DNA of 47,451 nt from Candidatus Micrarchaeota archaeon (GCA_038046605.1 JBBSVW010000089.1:1-47451), one strand, 5' to 3'. Numbered from the stretch's first letter, positions 18,704-27,920 are shown. Program-made: numbers and translations. The notes: a model not told the origin generated them from the sequence alone.

Positions 18704-19705
18704 TTACTTTTTTCCTTTTTCTATGCCATTTTTCGCCATTACGGCATCAATGAATTCGGCTTTAACTGGTCTAACTTCTTCTACAGAATCCTGCCAAATT
18801 TTTACATATCCTCCGAAAGTATCCTTATAGGGCCTCGTTTTAAGTGTTGTTGTCCTGCCCCCATGATACATGTAATTTGGCGTGAAATATGTTTTATGCG
18901 GGCGAGTAGTATAGTTTGCATCTTCATCGCCTACTGTTTGGTAATAAATCATATCCGCAGGGTATTGATGCCTAACAATGAACCTAGAAAATGTCCCTTG
19001 ATTTGGGCGAACCCTCACGCCTTTGTTATCATTATATCCGTTATATTTGCCACTTATATTCTGTGATTTTCGACCTTCAATATGATCCTTCATGTCAAGG
19101 AAAAAATTCCTATTTCCATAGGATTTACGTAATGAGGGGTATGTATCATCGCCAACCCGAAGGAAATACGCCCTTCCTTTGTACCTTGTGGGATGATATG
19201 TTCTAATGTACGAAAGCGCGATATTAGTCGCCGCCCCTGGTGATGTTTTCACGTTGCCTTTTGTATCCGCATGAAATAGAGGATGTCGCCTTGATAAAAT
19301 TTCCTTTTTTGGGGGCATTATCATCTCCATTTCCGCAGGTGTAATAATATGCACGAATATGCCATGACTATTGCCAATATTGTTCAGCAAATTGGACAAT
19401 TGTACTGCGTTAGGAGTGTGAGTTTCAGCAATGGGTTTTTCATGAAAATAAGCTGAATTATCTGCAATGACAAAGTGAATATCTGCGTTAAAATCTTCAC
19501 TTGCACTAGCGCTTCCTCTTTCTTTCAAATGGCTGGCTATTTTTTTTAGCTGCCTCCCAAGCAATGGTTCTTTTTGAGTTCTTATTATTTGGTTAAACCC
19601 GGATTCTCCTATCCCCTTTGCCTCTGCTGCATGTACAAACCATTTTGATAGAGTCGGGATTATTTCTGCCCTTACGGAAGGTATATGGATGTAGAACGGA
19701 TCCAT
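18704..19705 (-). CDS. Divergent GT-A-fold (GT2-like) glycosyltransferase candidate
   Basis: Ordered motifs IHIPSVR, IHFVIADNS, GAATNIAL, YFLRVGDDTYP, GDEDANY parallel the GT2 motifs IIPxxR, IIVVDDGS, GxAxARN, FLDxDD and GED. More AT-rich than its neighbours. Confidence 0.55.
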   Translation of the reverse strand: MDPFYIHIPSVRAEIIPTLSKWFVHAAEAKGIGESGFNQIIRTQKEPLLGRQLKKIASHLKERGSASASEDFNADIHFVIADNSAYFHEKPIAETHTPNAVQLSNLLNNIGNSHGIFVHIITPAEMEMIMPPKKEILSRRHPLFHADTKGNVKTSPGAATNIALSYIRTYHPTRYKGRAYFLRVGDDTYPSLRKSYGNRNFFLDMKDHIEGRKSQNISGKYNGYNDNKGVRVRPNQGTFSRFIVRHQYPADMIYYQTVGDEDANYTTRPHKTYFTPNYMYHGGRTTTLKTRPYKDTFGGYVKIWQDSVEEVRPVKAEFIDAVMAKNGIEKGKK

Positions 19706-19789
19706 GCTAATCCCTGATTTATAACGGATAACTGATTAATATTAGCTCTTCCCTGGGTTTACTAGGTAAAGATTGAGAAATAGAATAAC

Positions 19790-19838
19790 TTTCGCATGAC
19801 ACAACTCTTCAAAAAGAGCATGATGATAGGTCATTGAG
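19790..19838 (+). repeat. Decayed copy of the 3' end of paralogue D
   Basis: ATGATAGGTCATTGAG (19823-19838) versus ATGATAGGTCACTGAG (18656-18671). Translates FRMTQLFKKSMMIGH* versus FRLHRLESQRSVMIGH*. Confidence 0.75.
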
Positions 19839-19860
19839 AAAATGGCTTTTTTTATTTTTT

Positions 19861-20218
19861 TTATGAGCACATTTGCCCCCTTATTTTACCGTTCTCCCAT
19901 ATGTACGCGCAGCCTGAAAAAGGATAATTTGAGTCGCAGTGCCCTACTTTTTCGTTTTCATAATTGCTTATACATTGTGTTTGGCATTGATTGGAATCCG
20001 TGCATTCCTTCCCTCCATCTGTTGTTTTAATGTAGCATCTGAAATTTCCGAATTCGTCCTGCATCCAACTTCCACTCGCCGATTTGCATTCCTTCTGTTT
20101 CCGGCACCAAGATTTTTTGTTTTATTGCCGTAGGAATTGGCGAAGGATTTGTCTGGCTGGTGCAACCTATCAGAATCAGCGAAACCACCAAAACCGCAAT
20201 CAGCAGCAATCTTTTCAT
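19861..20218 (-). pseudogene. Frameshifted secreted/lipoprotein with Cys-rich domain
   Basis: MKRLLLIAVLVVSLILIGC (signal plus lipobox-like) from 20218 joins, via a frameshift near 20090, ECKSASGSW..CYIKTTDGGKECTDSNQCQTQC..C..C..C, ending at 19861. Confidence 0.7.
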
Positions 20219-20287
20219 ATCTCAAATCTACCCTTTAATCCTTCAAAAGGCTTTCCCTTCCTAGTTCCGATGCACCCTTCAGAAGGC

Positions 20288-20337
20288 GCTAATTAGTAAT
20301 TAGCACTTTTGCCCGTTTCTGCTAACTGGCAATTAGC
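20288..20337. promoter_or_regulatory. Tandem palindromic sites GCTAA-N7-TTAGC
   Basis: GCTAATTAGTAATTAGC (20288-20304) and GCTAACTGGCAATTAGC (20321-20337). Confidence 0.5.
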
Positions 20338-20382
20338 CCATAACTATGGCTTAATGCATATATTCTGGTCATAATCAAAAGG

Positions 20383-20426
20383 TTTAAATAGTATAATTTG
20401 AATTATACTAATCTCAATTATACAAA
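20383..20426 (+). promoter_or_regulatory. TATA box with overlapping perfect inverted-repeat operator
   Basis: TTTAAATA (20383-20390), TAGTATAATT-TG-AATTATACTA (20389-20410) and an extra half-site AATTATACAA (20417-20426). Confidence 0.7.
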
Positions 20427-20436
20427 AGTGATTGGC

Positions 20437-21765
20437 ATGGCGTTTTACGACAGAAAGAAGGAAAAGGAGGAGATAGGAAAACTGCTGGATAGCCCTAAGT
20501 TTGAACTCCTTATCCTTTATGGCCGGCGCAGGGTAGGCAAAACGGAGCTTGTGCTTCATACGACTAAGGACAGGAAAAGGCTTTACTACCTTGCCACAAC
20601 CGAAAAGAACCTCGAGCGCTTTTATTCCACATGCATCGAATTTGACCCGGCGATGGCGAAATTGAGGCCTGATTTCGAGGTATTGCTGGATTACTTGAAG
20701 GATAAAGCCGAAGTCGTCATAATTGATGAATTTCAGAATATGATTAAGGAGAACAAGAATATTGTAAGCACTCTTCAGGCGGTAGTGGACACGAAACTGA
20801 AACACTCGAAACTTAAGCTGATTTTGCTTGGCTCGTCGGTTTCGCTGATGAACTCCCGGGTTTTAAGCTACCAAAGCCCCCTTTATGGCAGGAGAACCGC
20901 CTCAATCAAGCTTAAAGCGGTCTCATTTTTTGATTTGGGCGAATTTTTTCCAAAAGCTACGAAAACCGAACTAATTGAAATTTTCAGCTTCGCAGACGGC
21001 ATCCCCTACTATTTGGTGAAAATCGACCAAAGCTTTTGGAAGTGGCTGGAAAACGAGGCAAAATCGGAAGGCACTTTTTTGAGGGACGAAGTAGATTTCC
21101 TGATGAAATACGAATTTGACAATCCAAGCACCTATAAGCTGATATTGGAGGCGATTGCTAACGGCAAAACGGCAGTGAACGAAATCAAGGACTTCATCAA
21201 GGTGCAACGGACGGATTTAAGCCCCTATTTGAAAAATCTGCTTGAAGTGGATTTGATTAAGCGGGAAATTCCCATAACCGAGAATCAGAAGTCCCGTTTG
21301 GGCCGCTATTATCTTAAGGACAATTTCCTCAAATTCTGGTTCAAATTCATTTATCCGAACTTGAGCAGCATTGAATCGGGGATATTTGACACCAATCAGG
21401 TCAAAAAGGAGTATTCCGCATACCTTGGATTTATTTTCGAGGAGGTTGCAAAGCAGTATCTAATCAGGAATAATGGCACTTTCAAATTCACAAAAATAGG
21501 CAAATGGTGGGATAAAGGCGAGGAAATTGATATTGTCGCAATCAACGAGCCGGAAATGAAATTCCTGTTTGCGGAGTGCAAATGGAAGGATAATGTTGAT
21601 GCGATGGAAGTTTGCAAACGGTTAAGGGAGAAAACGGCCGAATTCCATTGGACTAAGCAAAAAAGGACGGATAGTTATGCTGTTTTCGCAAAATCATTCT
21701 CGAAGAAAATAACCGGGTTCGAAGGAATTGAAGTTAAGTGCTTTGATTTGGGGGATTTGGAGTAA
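20437..21765 (+). CDS. Archaeal ATPase (ATPase_2 / winged helix / DUF234 PD-(D/E)xK-like C-terminus)
   Basis: FYDRKKE, YGRRRVGKT, IIDEFQ, LILLGSS, SPLYGRRT, GIPYYL, DNFLKFWF, GKWW..EEIDIVA..FAECKW. Confidence 0.93.
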   Translation: MAFYDRKKEKEEIGKLLDSPKFELLILYGRRRVGKTELVLHTTKDRKRLYYLATTEKNLERFYSTCIEFDPAMAKLRPDFEVLLDYLKDKAEVVIIDEFQNMIKENKNIVSTLQAVVDTKLKHSKLKLILLGSSVSLMNSRVLSYQSPLYGRRTASIKLKAVSFFDLGEFFPKATKTELIEIFSFADGIPYYLVKIDQSFWKWLENEAKSEGTFLRDEVDFLMKYEFDNPSTYKLILEAIANGKTAVNEIKDFIKVQRTDLSPYLKNLLEVDLIKREIPITENQKSRLGRYYLKDNFLKFWFKFIYPNLSSIESGIFDTNQVKKEYSAYLGFIFEEVAKQYLIRNNGTFKFTKIGKWWDKGEEIDIVAINEPEMKFLFAECKWKDNVDAMEVCKRLREKTAEFHWTKQKRTDSYAVFAKSFSKKITGFEGIEVKCFDLGDLE

Positions 21766-21773
21766 TCGACCCG

Positions 21774-21818
21774 TTTTCCATTACCCACCTCCTCAAACGA
21801 TTTGTCATGATAGGCCAT
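21774..21818 (+). repeat. Second decayed copy of the 3' end of paralogue D
   Basis: Translates FSITHLLKRFVMIGH; 30 of 45 nt identical to 19790-19834 without gaps; lies just after the ATPase stop. Confidence 0.65.
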
Positions 21819-21917
21819 CATAAGAAGAATAATATTGCCATATTTTTTACCTTTTTTCCAAGCAATCTGGTTTGTGAATTGAATTTCGGGCGGCAGGAAA
21901 ACCCATTATCCTTGGGC

Positions 21918-22913
21918 TTAAGCAGCGCACTTTATCCTGCAAACCCAGCAGTAGCCTCCAGGCACGGTTTCAGGTACGCCGATATCGGATGTGCATTTTT
22001 CCGGGTTGAATTTGGATTTCATTATCCTTTGGCATCCTGTATTCGGATTGTATTCCTGGCTATAGGATGCGCAGATTTTCTCCTCATATCCAGTTACGAA
22101 CATTCCATAGCAATACCCCCTATATGTTTCAATTGGCACTTTTGCGCAAAGCGCTGAGTTGTTTGTGGCATTTGCCATATTGGAATAGCATAGCGATTTG
22201 CCTTCGGGCGGCTCTTGGATCCCCTCGCAGATGGATGTGTCATTTCGCAAAGTTGCGATCCTGATGTAGCAGTTGCTCGTCCGGTCGGCGTTTTCAATTT
22301 CATCACATATCGATAGGTAATTCATCCTTATGGCAATATCCTGCCTGCAGCGGTCGCGATCGATTTGGCCTTCCATCCTGGAACAAACCGTGGGCTGGCT
22401 TAGCCTTAGCGCCATTTCAAGGAGGCAGGAGTTTTTCTTTGCGGCCGGGATTATGGCTTCACATTTTGACGCATCCCTGGAAGGATCGGCAAATTTTGCA
22501 AGGCAGGCGTTTTTTGCATTGGTTTCCGGTATCTTATAGCAGATTGCAGCATCCTCCTTTGCAACTGCAACTTCGGTGATGCATTCGAATTTGGGGTAAT
22601 CAAAGGGGATGCCTTCGCAGATGTCGTAAATTTTGCTATACTTGGCGATATAGGCAAAGCACTCCGAAGCAATTTTGGCATTTTGGATTTTATTGCAGCC
22701 ATTGGCGTTCTTCAAATCCTGGGCATCCTGGAGGTAGCATGAATCCCTCATAGCCAAATCGCGCTGGGCGCAAGGCAGATCGTTTTCGTTTATTGGGGCG
22801 ATGGAGGATGTTGGGGTTTGCGACGCCGCTAAAGTTGGCGACGGATTATTTTTGACGCACCCGATGCCCAATAATATGAATGCGAAAAGCAGAAGGGGAA
22901 GAATTTTGGCCAT
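21918..22913 (-). CDS. Secreted/lipoprotein with Cys-rich helical repeats
   Basis: Signal ending LLGIGC; about 9 repeats of CxxI-x5-6-(R/K)xxC(Y/L)xxxA-x7-C. Confidence 0.85.
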   Translation of the reverse strand: MAKILPLLLFAFILLGIGCVKNNPSPTLAASQTPTSSIAPINENDLPCAQRDLAMRDSCYLQDAQDLKNANGCNKIQNAKIASECFAYIAKYSKIYDICEGIPFDYPKFECITEVAVAKEDAAICYKIPETNAKNACLAKFADPSRDASKCEAIIPAAKKNSCLLEMALRLSQPTVCSRMEGQIDRDRCRQDIAIRMNYLSICDEIENADRTSNCYIRIATLRNDTSICEGIQEPPEGKSLCYSNMANATNNSALCAKVPIETYRGYCYGMFVTGYEEKICASYSQEYNPNTGCQRIMKSKFNPEKCTSDIGVPETVPGGYCWVCRIKCAA

Positions 22914-23047
22914 GGAAATCTAAGGAACCTCCCGTTGAATAATCTTTCGCATTGGCAATTGCTGGTTTCGCCCATTTTATTAAGTAAAATTGCCAATCGC
23001 CCACGTATATAATGCGGTTTTCCGTATGGTTTTTGGTGAAATTGTCA

Positions 23048-24052
23048 ATGCGCCTCCTTTGGATTGCCATGATCGGGGTTTTACTTCTCCTAAGCTGCAT
23101 CGCAGTTTCCCCCAAAATCAAGATTTCGGATGCAGTGGCGGCAATTCCTTCCGTAGTTGCCAAACTGCCTAATCTATTCAATGCTCCCGATCCTTGCAGG
23201 ATGCATATGGATGGCTCCGGCGGGAAGGACAATTGCTATCTAAACATATCGATTTCCACCAGGAATCCATCCACATGTTTCAAAATCAGGGATGATGATG
23301 TTAGGGACAATTGCTATTATTTGAATGCACGTGATTCGAAAAACGTAGCAACATGCGAAAGGATCCGTTCAATCGAATTGAAGGGGTATTGCCGCAAGGA
23401 TAGTGCGGTAAATTCCTCCATGGCAAATGGCTGCGACCTATCTGCGCCAACAAAAAGATCAGCATGTTTCCTCAACGAAGCGCTTGCAACAAATAGCTCA
23501 TTCCCATGCAATTTGATTCCCGTGGATGGCAATCGGCAAAAATGCATTGCGGCAGTAGCAGGAAAAACCCTGGACCCATACCTTTGCCAAAGGGCATCAA
23601 ATGAGTTGCAAACGGATTGCATCTTCGATATTGCCAACCGGACCAAAAAGTTGGATTATTGCGATTTGATTGGTGGCAAGGCCAGGGATGATTGCTATTC
23701 TTTGATGGCGGTCAATTTTCATGATCAAGCGCTTTGCGCAAGGATAGCAAATTCCATTTCGAAGGATGAATGCAACTATTTTTTCATTCCCACCTATTCC
23801 CTCCCTACTCGGTGCTTTTATTTCGAGGAACCAACCGTACGGGATTCGTGCTACGCCGATTTTGCGCGCATTAACCGTACGCTTTCCGTTTGCGAAAATG
23901 TCACTACTGCAAATCTGATCGGAAAGGAAACCTGCATCCGTGATGTGGCATTGGCACTTGGCAATAGTACCCTTTGCCAATTCCTGAATATAACCGGCAT
24001 CAGGGATGGCTGCATTGCAAACATCTACATCCTGAACAAGACATCGCCATAA
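23048..24052 (+). CDS. Secreted/lipoprotein with Cys-rich helical repeats (same repeat type, divergently transcribed)
   Basis: GGTGA RBS, signal ending LLLSC, repeats such as CFKIRDDDVRDNCYYLNA, many NxS/T sequons. Confidence 0.85.
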   Translation: MRLLWIAMIGVLLLLSCIAVSPKIKISDAVAAIPSVVAKLPNLFNAPDPCRMHMDGSGGKDNCYLNISISTRNPSTCFKIRDDDVRDNCYYLNARDSKNVATCERIRSIELKGYCRKDSAVNSSMANGCDLSAPTKRSACFLNEALATNSSFPCNLIPVDGNRQKCIAAVAGKTLDPYLCQRASNELQTDCIFDIANRTKKLDYCDLIGGKARDDCYSLMAVNFHDQALCARIANSISKDECNYFFIPTYSLPTRCFYFEEPTVRDSCYADFARINRTLSVCENVTTANLIGKETCIRDVALALGNSTLCQFLNITGIRDGCIANIYILNKTSP

Positions 24053-24119
24053 AAATAATTGCGGATTGGAATCAATGGCGGGCCAGTTTCATTAATTTTT
24101 TCCTATGCCTTCCTATCGG

Positions 24120-24905
24120 TTAACCCGCCCTCTTCCTTTTTTCCATTATTTTCTTTACCGCTTTCAAAACAATGCCTTCGGGCATAATGCGTACGAGTTT
24201 AGCCCCGATTTTGTTCCTCAATCCCGGAATTACCACTCTTTTTCCTGCAAATAGCCCATCGACGCCGATTTTTGCGGCCCAATCCGGCTCCATCATTGCG
24301 TTTTCCGTAACCCTTGATTTTCCAAGGCCCGCCCGTGCATTGAAGAGGGTGTTTGTGACTCCCGGGCAAAGGGCGCTAATAGTTACTCCCGATCCTTCAA
24401 GCTCGCAGGAAAGTGCCTGCGAAAATGAAAGCACGAATGCCTTTGTGGCATAGTAAACCGCCATCAAGGGCCCCGGCTGGAAGGCTGCAGTCGACGAGAG
24501 ATTAAGTATTTTTCCCGATTTGCGTGCAAGCATTTCGGGCAGGAATAATTTCACCATGTGCACAAGCGCAACATTATTGAGTTCCATTTCGCCCTCGAGC
24601 TTTTCCCATGGGATCTCGCCAAATTTCCCATAATCCCCATAACCCGCGTTGTTCACCAGGATTTCCACATTAATTTTCATTTTATTTATTTGGGAATGTA
24701 TTCCTGCAACCGCATTCCTTTTGGAAAGATCCTTCGGGATGATTGTTGCCTTTGTCCCAAATTCAGCCTCTATGCCTTTTTTTGCCTTTTCCAAATCCGC
24801 CCCGTTTCTGGCAATTAAAATCAGGTCAAATCCCCTGCCGGCTAGCTGTTTTGCAATCTCCAGGCCAATTCCCCTCGAGCCTCCGGTTACAATTGCATAT
24901 GCCAT
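24120..24905 (-). CDS. Short-chain dehydrogenase/reductase (DltE-like)
   Basis: TGGSRGIG, LVNNAGYG, S..YYATK, LCPG. Confidence 0.95.
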   Translation of the reverse strand: MAYAIVTGGSRGIGLEIAKQLAGRGFDLILIARNGADLEKAKKGIEAEFGTKATIIPKDLSKRNAVAGIHSQINKMKINVEILVNNAGYGDYGKFGEIPWEKLEGEMELNNVALVHMVKLFLPEMLARKSGKILNLSSTAAFQPGPLMAVYYATKAFVLSFSQALSCELEGSGVTISALCPGVTNTLFNARAGLGKSRVTENAMMEPDWAAKIGVDGLFAGKRVVIPGLRNKIGAKLVRIMPEGIVLKAVKKIMEKRKRAG

Positions 24906-25044
24906 GCTATTCGAATGGAAGCAAGTAATATAATCCGTTACAAAGGATGGGAAAATATGCGGGAATGGAACGATCAAAAATGGGCGGGGTTTTTCTGTTT
25001 CCATTATGGCTCAAGCTAAATTGGCATCAAAGGCATACCCCCCA

Positions 25045-25227
25045 TTATTTTACAATTGTGGTTCCCGCAATAACAACCAGCAAAAACAGCACTGCCGGAT
25101 TCACCATAGCCTGCGCAAGGCCGCCTGCCACCCCTTCCCCTCCAAGTGCCAGCAATGCAAACAGCACTGCAACTGCCGGCGCTCCCTGATGCCACGTGGG
25201 TGTGTTCACATCCTCGAAAAGGCTCAT
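25045..25227 (-). CDS. Small two-TM hydrophobic protein (~60 aa)
   Basis: GGTGA RBS; MSLFEDVNTPTWHQGAPAVAVLFALLALGGEGVAGGLAQAMVNPAVLFLLVVIAGTTIVK. Confidence 0.6.
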   Translation of the reverse strand: MSLFEDVNTPTWHQGAPAVAVLFALLALGGEGVAGGLAQAMVNPAVLFLLVVIAGTTIVK

Positions 25228-25387
25228 GCATATCACCCGTTTTTGACGCGCTATCCATCTATTTTACCTCCAATAGGGTTATGGCTAAGCCCCTTAATAC
25301 TAATTTGTCGTTCTATTGGCGACAACAAAAAATTAGACACTTGGCGAAATTGGGCTCAAATATTGTACCCGTGCGGAATATCCAAAT

Positions 25388-26428
25388 TTAATTGGTTAAT
25401 TTGAAATCAACCACAACTTCATCCACATGCGGCGCATACGTCTTGACCACGCGCCTTGAAATTATGCGGAATTTCCTTCCAGCTTTTTTGCATGCCGCAA
25501 AAACCTTTTTCCCAGCATCCCCAAACGCATCGGGCATTTCGCCTTTTGGTATGTGATAGAAATGGATGATTCCGTTTTTCGCAGTGGAATTGATCGCATC
25601 CCCTAGGAATTCGTGAGCGAGGTGGGGAAGCGGCATTATCGCCCTGCTTGCCCATCCTTTGAATTTTGGTTTTAAAAGCACTTTTTTTACATCCCCTTCA
25701 ATAACTTTAATTTGATTTTCCACTTTATTTGACCGGACATTCTTTTCCATGAATTTTACACCGATGGGATTTAGCTCGATTGCAACGATTTTGCATTTTG
25801 GCTGTTTTTTGGCAATAATTACCGGGTAAAAGCCAGCGCCGGCAAAAAGGGCCAAAACATTTTCCCCCTTCCTTACTTGCGAGGCGATCCGTTCCCGCTC
25901 AAAACTAAGCCTTGGGGAAAAATACACCTTTCCAAGGTCGATTTCAAAAGAGCCGCCGCTTTCCTTATATGTTGTAACGAGCGATTTTTTACCTGCGATG
26001 ACCTTCAAACCCTTCACGCGGAATTCCCCCTTTACTGCGGAGGTTTTCTTTGCAACCGTTTTGAAATTTGGGTGGCATTCCAGGAAAATGGCGCCTATTT
26101 TGCGTTCCTTATGCGTTAGCCCATCGGGAATTTCCATGACCGCAATTCCTCCCATGGAATCAAATGAGGATGCCATCTCCTGCGATTCCTTTTTTGTTAG
26201 AATCTTCCTTTCAATTAAAATTCCCTTCCAATCCTTTTTTCCTTCCCTAAGCGCAAGGGCCTTGCTGACGATTATCGACCCTTCGGGAATGGCAAACTTT
26301 TTCACTATTGGAAAATAGATGGAATCAGTATCCTTTGCAATTTCAAATTTTGAATCGAAAAGCGCTTTTTCAATGAGCAATCTTCGCATCTTTTCCGCAT
26401 CCTTGAATGACACTTTCAGCGCAAGCAT
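25388..26428 (-). CDS. trm5: Trm5/Met-10+ family SAM-dependent tRNA methyltransferase
   Basis: N-terminal D1 domain, SFDSMGGIAV, VYFSPRLSFERERI, LFAGAGFY, AIELNP, IMPLP. Confidence 0.85.
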   Translation of the reverse strand: MLALKVSFKDAEKMRRLLIEKALFDSKFEIAKDTDSIYFPIVKKFAIPEGSIIVSKALALREGKKDWKGILIERKILTKKESQEMASSFDSMGGIAVMEIPDGLTHKERKIGAIFLECHPNFKTVAKKTSAVKGEFRVKGLKVIAGKKSLVTTYKESGGSFEIDLGKVYFSPRLSFERERIASQVRKGENVLALFAGAGFYPVIIAKKQPKCKIVAIELNPIGVKFMEKNVRSNKVENQIKVIEGDVKKVLLKPKFKGWASRAIMPLPHLAHEFLGDAINSTAKNGIIHFYHIPKGEMPDAFGDAGKKVFAACKKAGRKFRIISRRVVKTYAPHVDEVVVDFKLTN

Positions 26429-26571
26429 CCATATCCCTCCAATAAAGCGGCCTTTTGAATTCCTCCCCCCCCCAATGCCGTCTATTTCGCCCTAATTTGG
26501 CCAATCAAATCTATCCCGAGAGCAAATTAACAGGAATACTCTTTTAAATCTGCCTTGCCTTTTCATGCCAT

Positions 26572-27435
26572 ATGGTTGACATTATAGATGAATTTTTCGT
26601 AAAGCCAATGCAATTCCCCGACCTTTACCCGCCATACAATACCTATAACACCGCTGCTTACGCGGCAATTGCACTTATTGTCGCTTTCCTTGCCTACAAA
26701 TACATCCGTTCAAGGAAAATTGCAATCGACCCAAAATTCTACTGGGCCGTTTTGCCCTTTATTTTCATGGGCGCGATAATGCGCGTGATTCAGGATGCGG
26801 AAATATTGCCACGCAGCCTGAATGTTGCAGGGATCACATTTTACCCCTTCATAACGCCGGGAATTTACATCCTGATGTTCCTGATCCTTGGAGTAATCTA
26901 TTTGGTTGCCAAATCATCCTCAAAAGAAAACCACGAAGTGATGATGAAAAAAATACGAAATTCCGGAATTGGCCTATCCGCAGTACTGTTTGCAATTCTG
27001 GCGCTTTGGGGCCTTTCCCGCATCACCTTAGAAAAAGTCACGTTCATGGCCGCAATTTTGCTCCTTGCCAGCCTTGGCCTTCTCGCATTCGAGCTTATCA
27101 AATCCAAAATTTACAATAAGCGGGAAAATGCCCTCTACAAAAACCTTGAGCGCACAACCCTTTTCTCCCAGGTTTTGGATGGCGCGGCAACATTTGTCGG
27201 GGTTGGCATGGGGGGATATTCGGAGCAGCATGTTGTTGCAAATGCAATATTTGGGATTTTCGGAACGCCCCTTTCCTTCTTTTTCGTAAAGCTTATTTTT
27301 GCCCTCGCAATCATTTACGCTTTAAGGAAGGAGGCTGAAAGCGCAGATGAACATGTTTACGTGTTGGTGCTGATAACGGTATTCGGCCTAGCTCCGGGGG
27401 TCCGGGACGCCCTAAGGCTTTTCTTTGCGGTTTAA
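26572..27435 (+). CDS. DUF63 family membrane protein
   Basis: YNTYNTAAYA, PFIFMGAIMRV, TPGIY, LDGAATFVG..YSEQHV, GLAPGVRD. Confidence 0.85.
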   Translation: MVDIIDEFFVKPMQFPDLYPPYNTYNTAAYAAIALIVAFLAYKYIRSRKIAIDPKFYWAVLPFIFMGAIMRVIQDAEILPRSLNVAGITFYPFITPGIYILMFLILGVIYLVAKSSSKENHEVMMKKIRNSGIGLSAVLFAILALWGLSRITLEKVTFMAAILLLASLGLLAFELIKSKIYNKRENALYKNLERTTLFSQVLDGAATFVGVGMGGYSEQHVVANAIFGIFGTPLSFFFVKLIFALAIIYALRKEAESADEHVYVLVLITVFGLAPGVRDALRLFFAV

Positions 27436-27449
27436 GGTGACGTCAAATA

Positions 27450-27917
27450 ATGGATGGAAAAGGTCAGGCGGATATTGCAAAGGCATCGTCGCCTCAGGCT
27501 GATTCCGCCCAAAGCACAACAAAGCCCAAAAGAAGCGGCAAAACCCGCGAGCACTACAACAAGCAGAAGTCACAGGCATTTTCCTATTTCCGAATTGATG
27601 CTAAGGATTCGGAAAAGATTTTGGCAAACCAATTCACAATCTATAATTTCATTACCAGCTCATTTGCGTTCTCGCAGACAAAAAAAGAATTGACGATCCA
27701 GGTGCTTGAGGAGTTGAAAAAGGGTGAAACCACCTTTATCCAGATGCAAAAAAAGCTCGGCGCCAAGAAGAGCACGCTTTACATGCTTGTCCTTTCACTT
27801 CAAAAATCGGGCCTAATCGAGCCATCCGAAAAGAATGCGCCCCTACGCCTTTCGGGCTCTTTTTCGAAGATGCTTTCCCTCTATTCGCAGTGGTGGGAGA
27901 AGTGGCTTAAGGAGTAG
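27450..27917 (+). CDS. Winged-helix DNA-binding protein
   Basis: TFIQMQKKLGAKKSTLYMLVLSLQKSGLI HTH pattern. Confidence 0.7.
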   Translation: MDGKGQADIAKASSPQADSAQSTTKPKRSGKTREHYNKQKSQAFSYFRIDAKDSEKILANQFTIYNFITSSFAFSQTKKELTIQVLEELKKGETTFIQMQKKLGAKKSTLYMLVLSLQKSGLIEPSEKNAPLRLSGSFSKMLSLYSQWWEKWLKE

Positions 27918-27920
27918 CGC

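Noticed and set aside
25016-25258. 80-aa Cys/Gly-rich ORF
   Set aside because: Alternative frame of the hydrophobic microprotein, which has the better RBS and a coherent structure.
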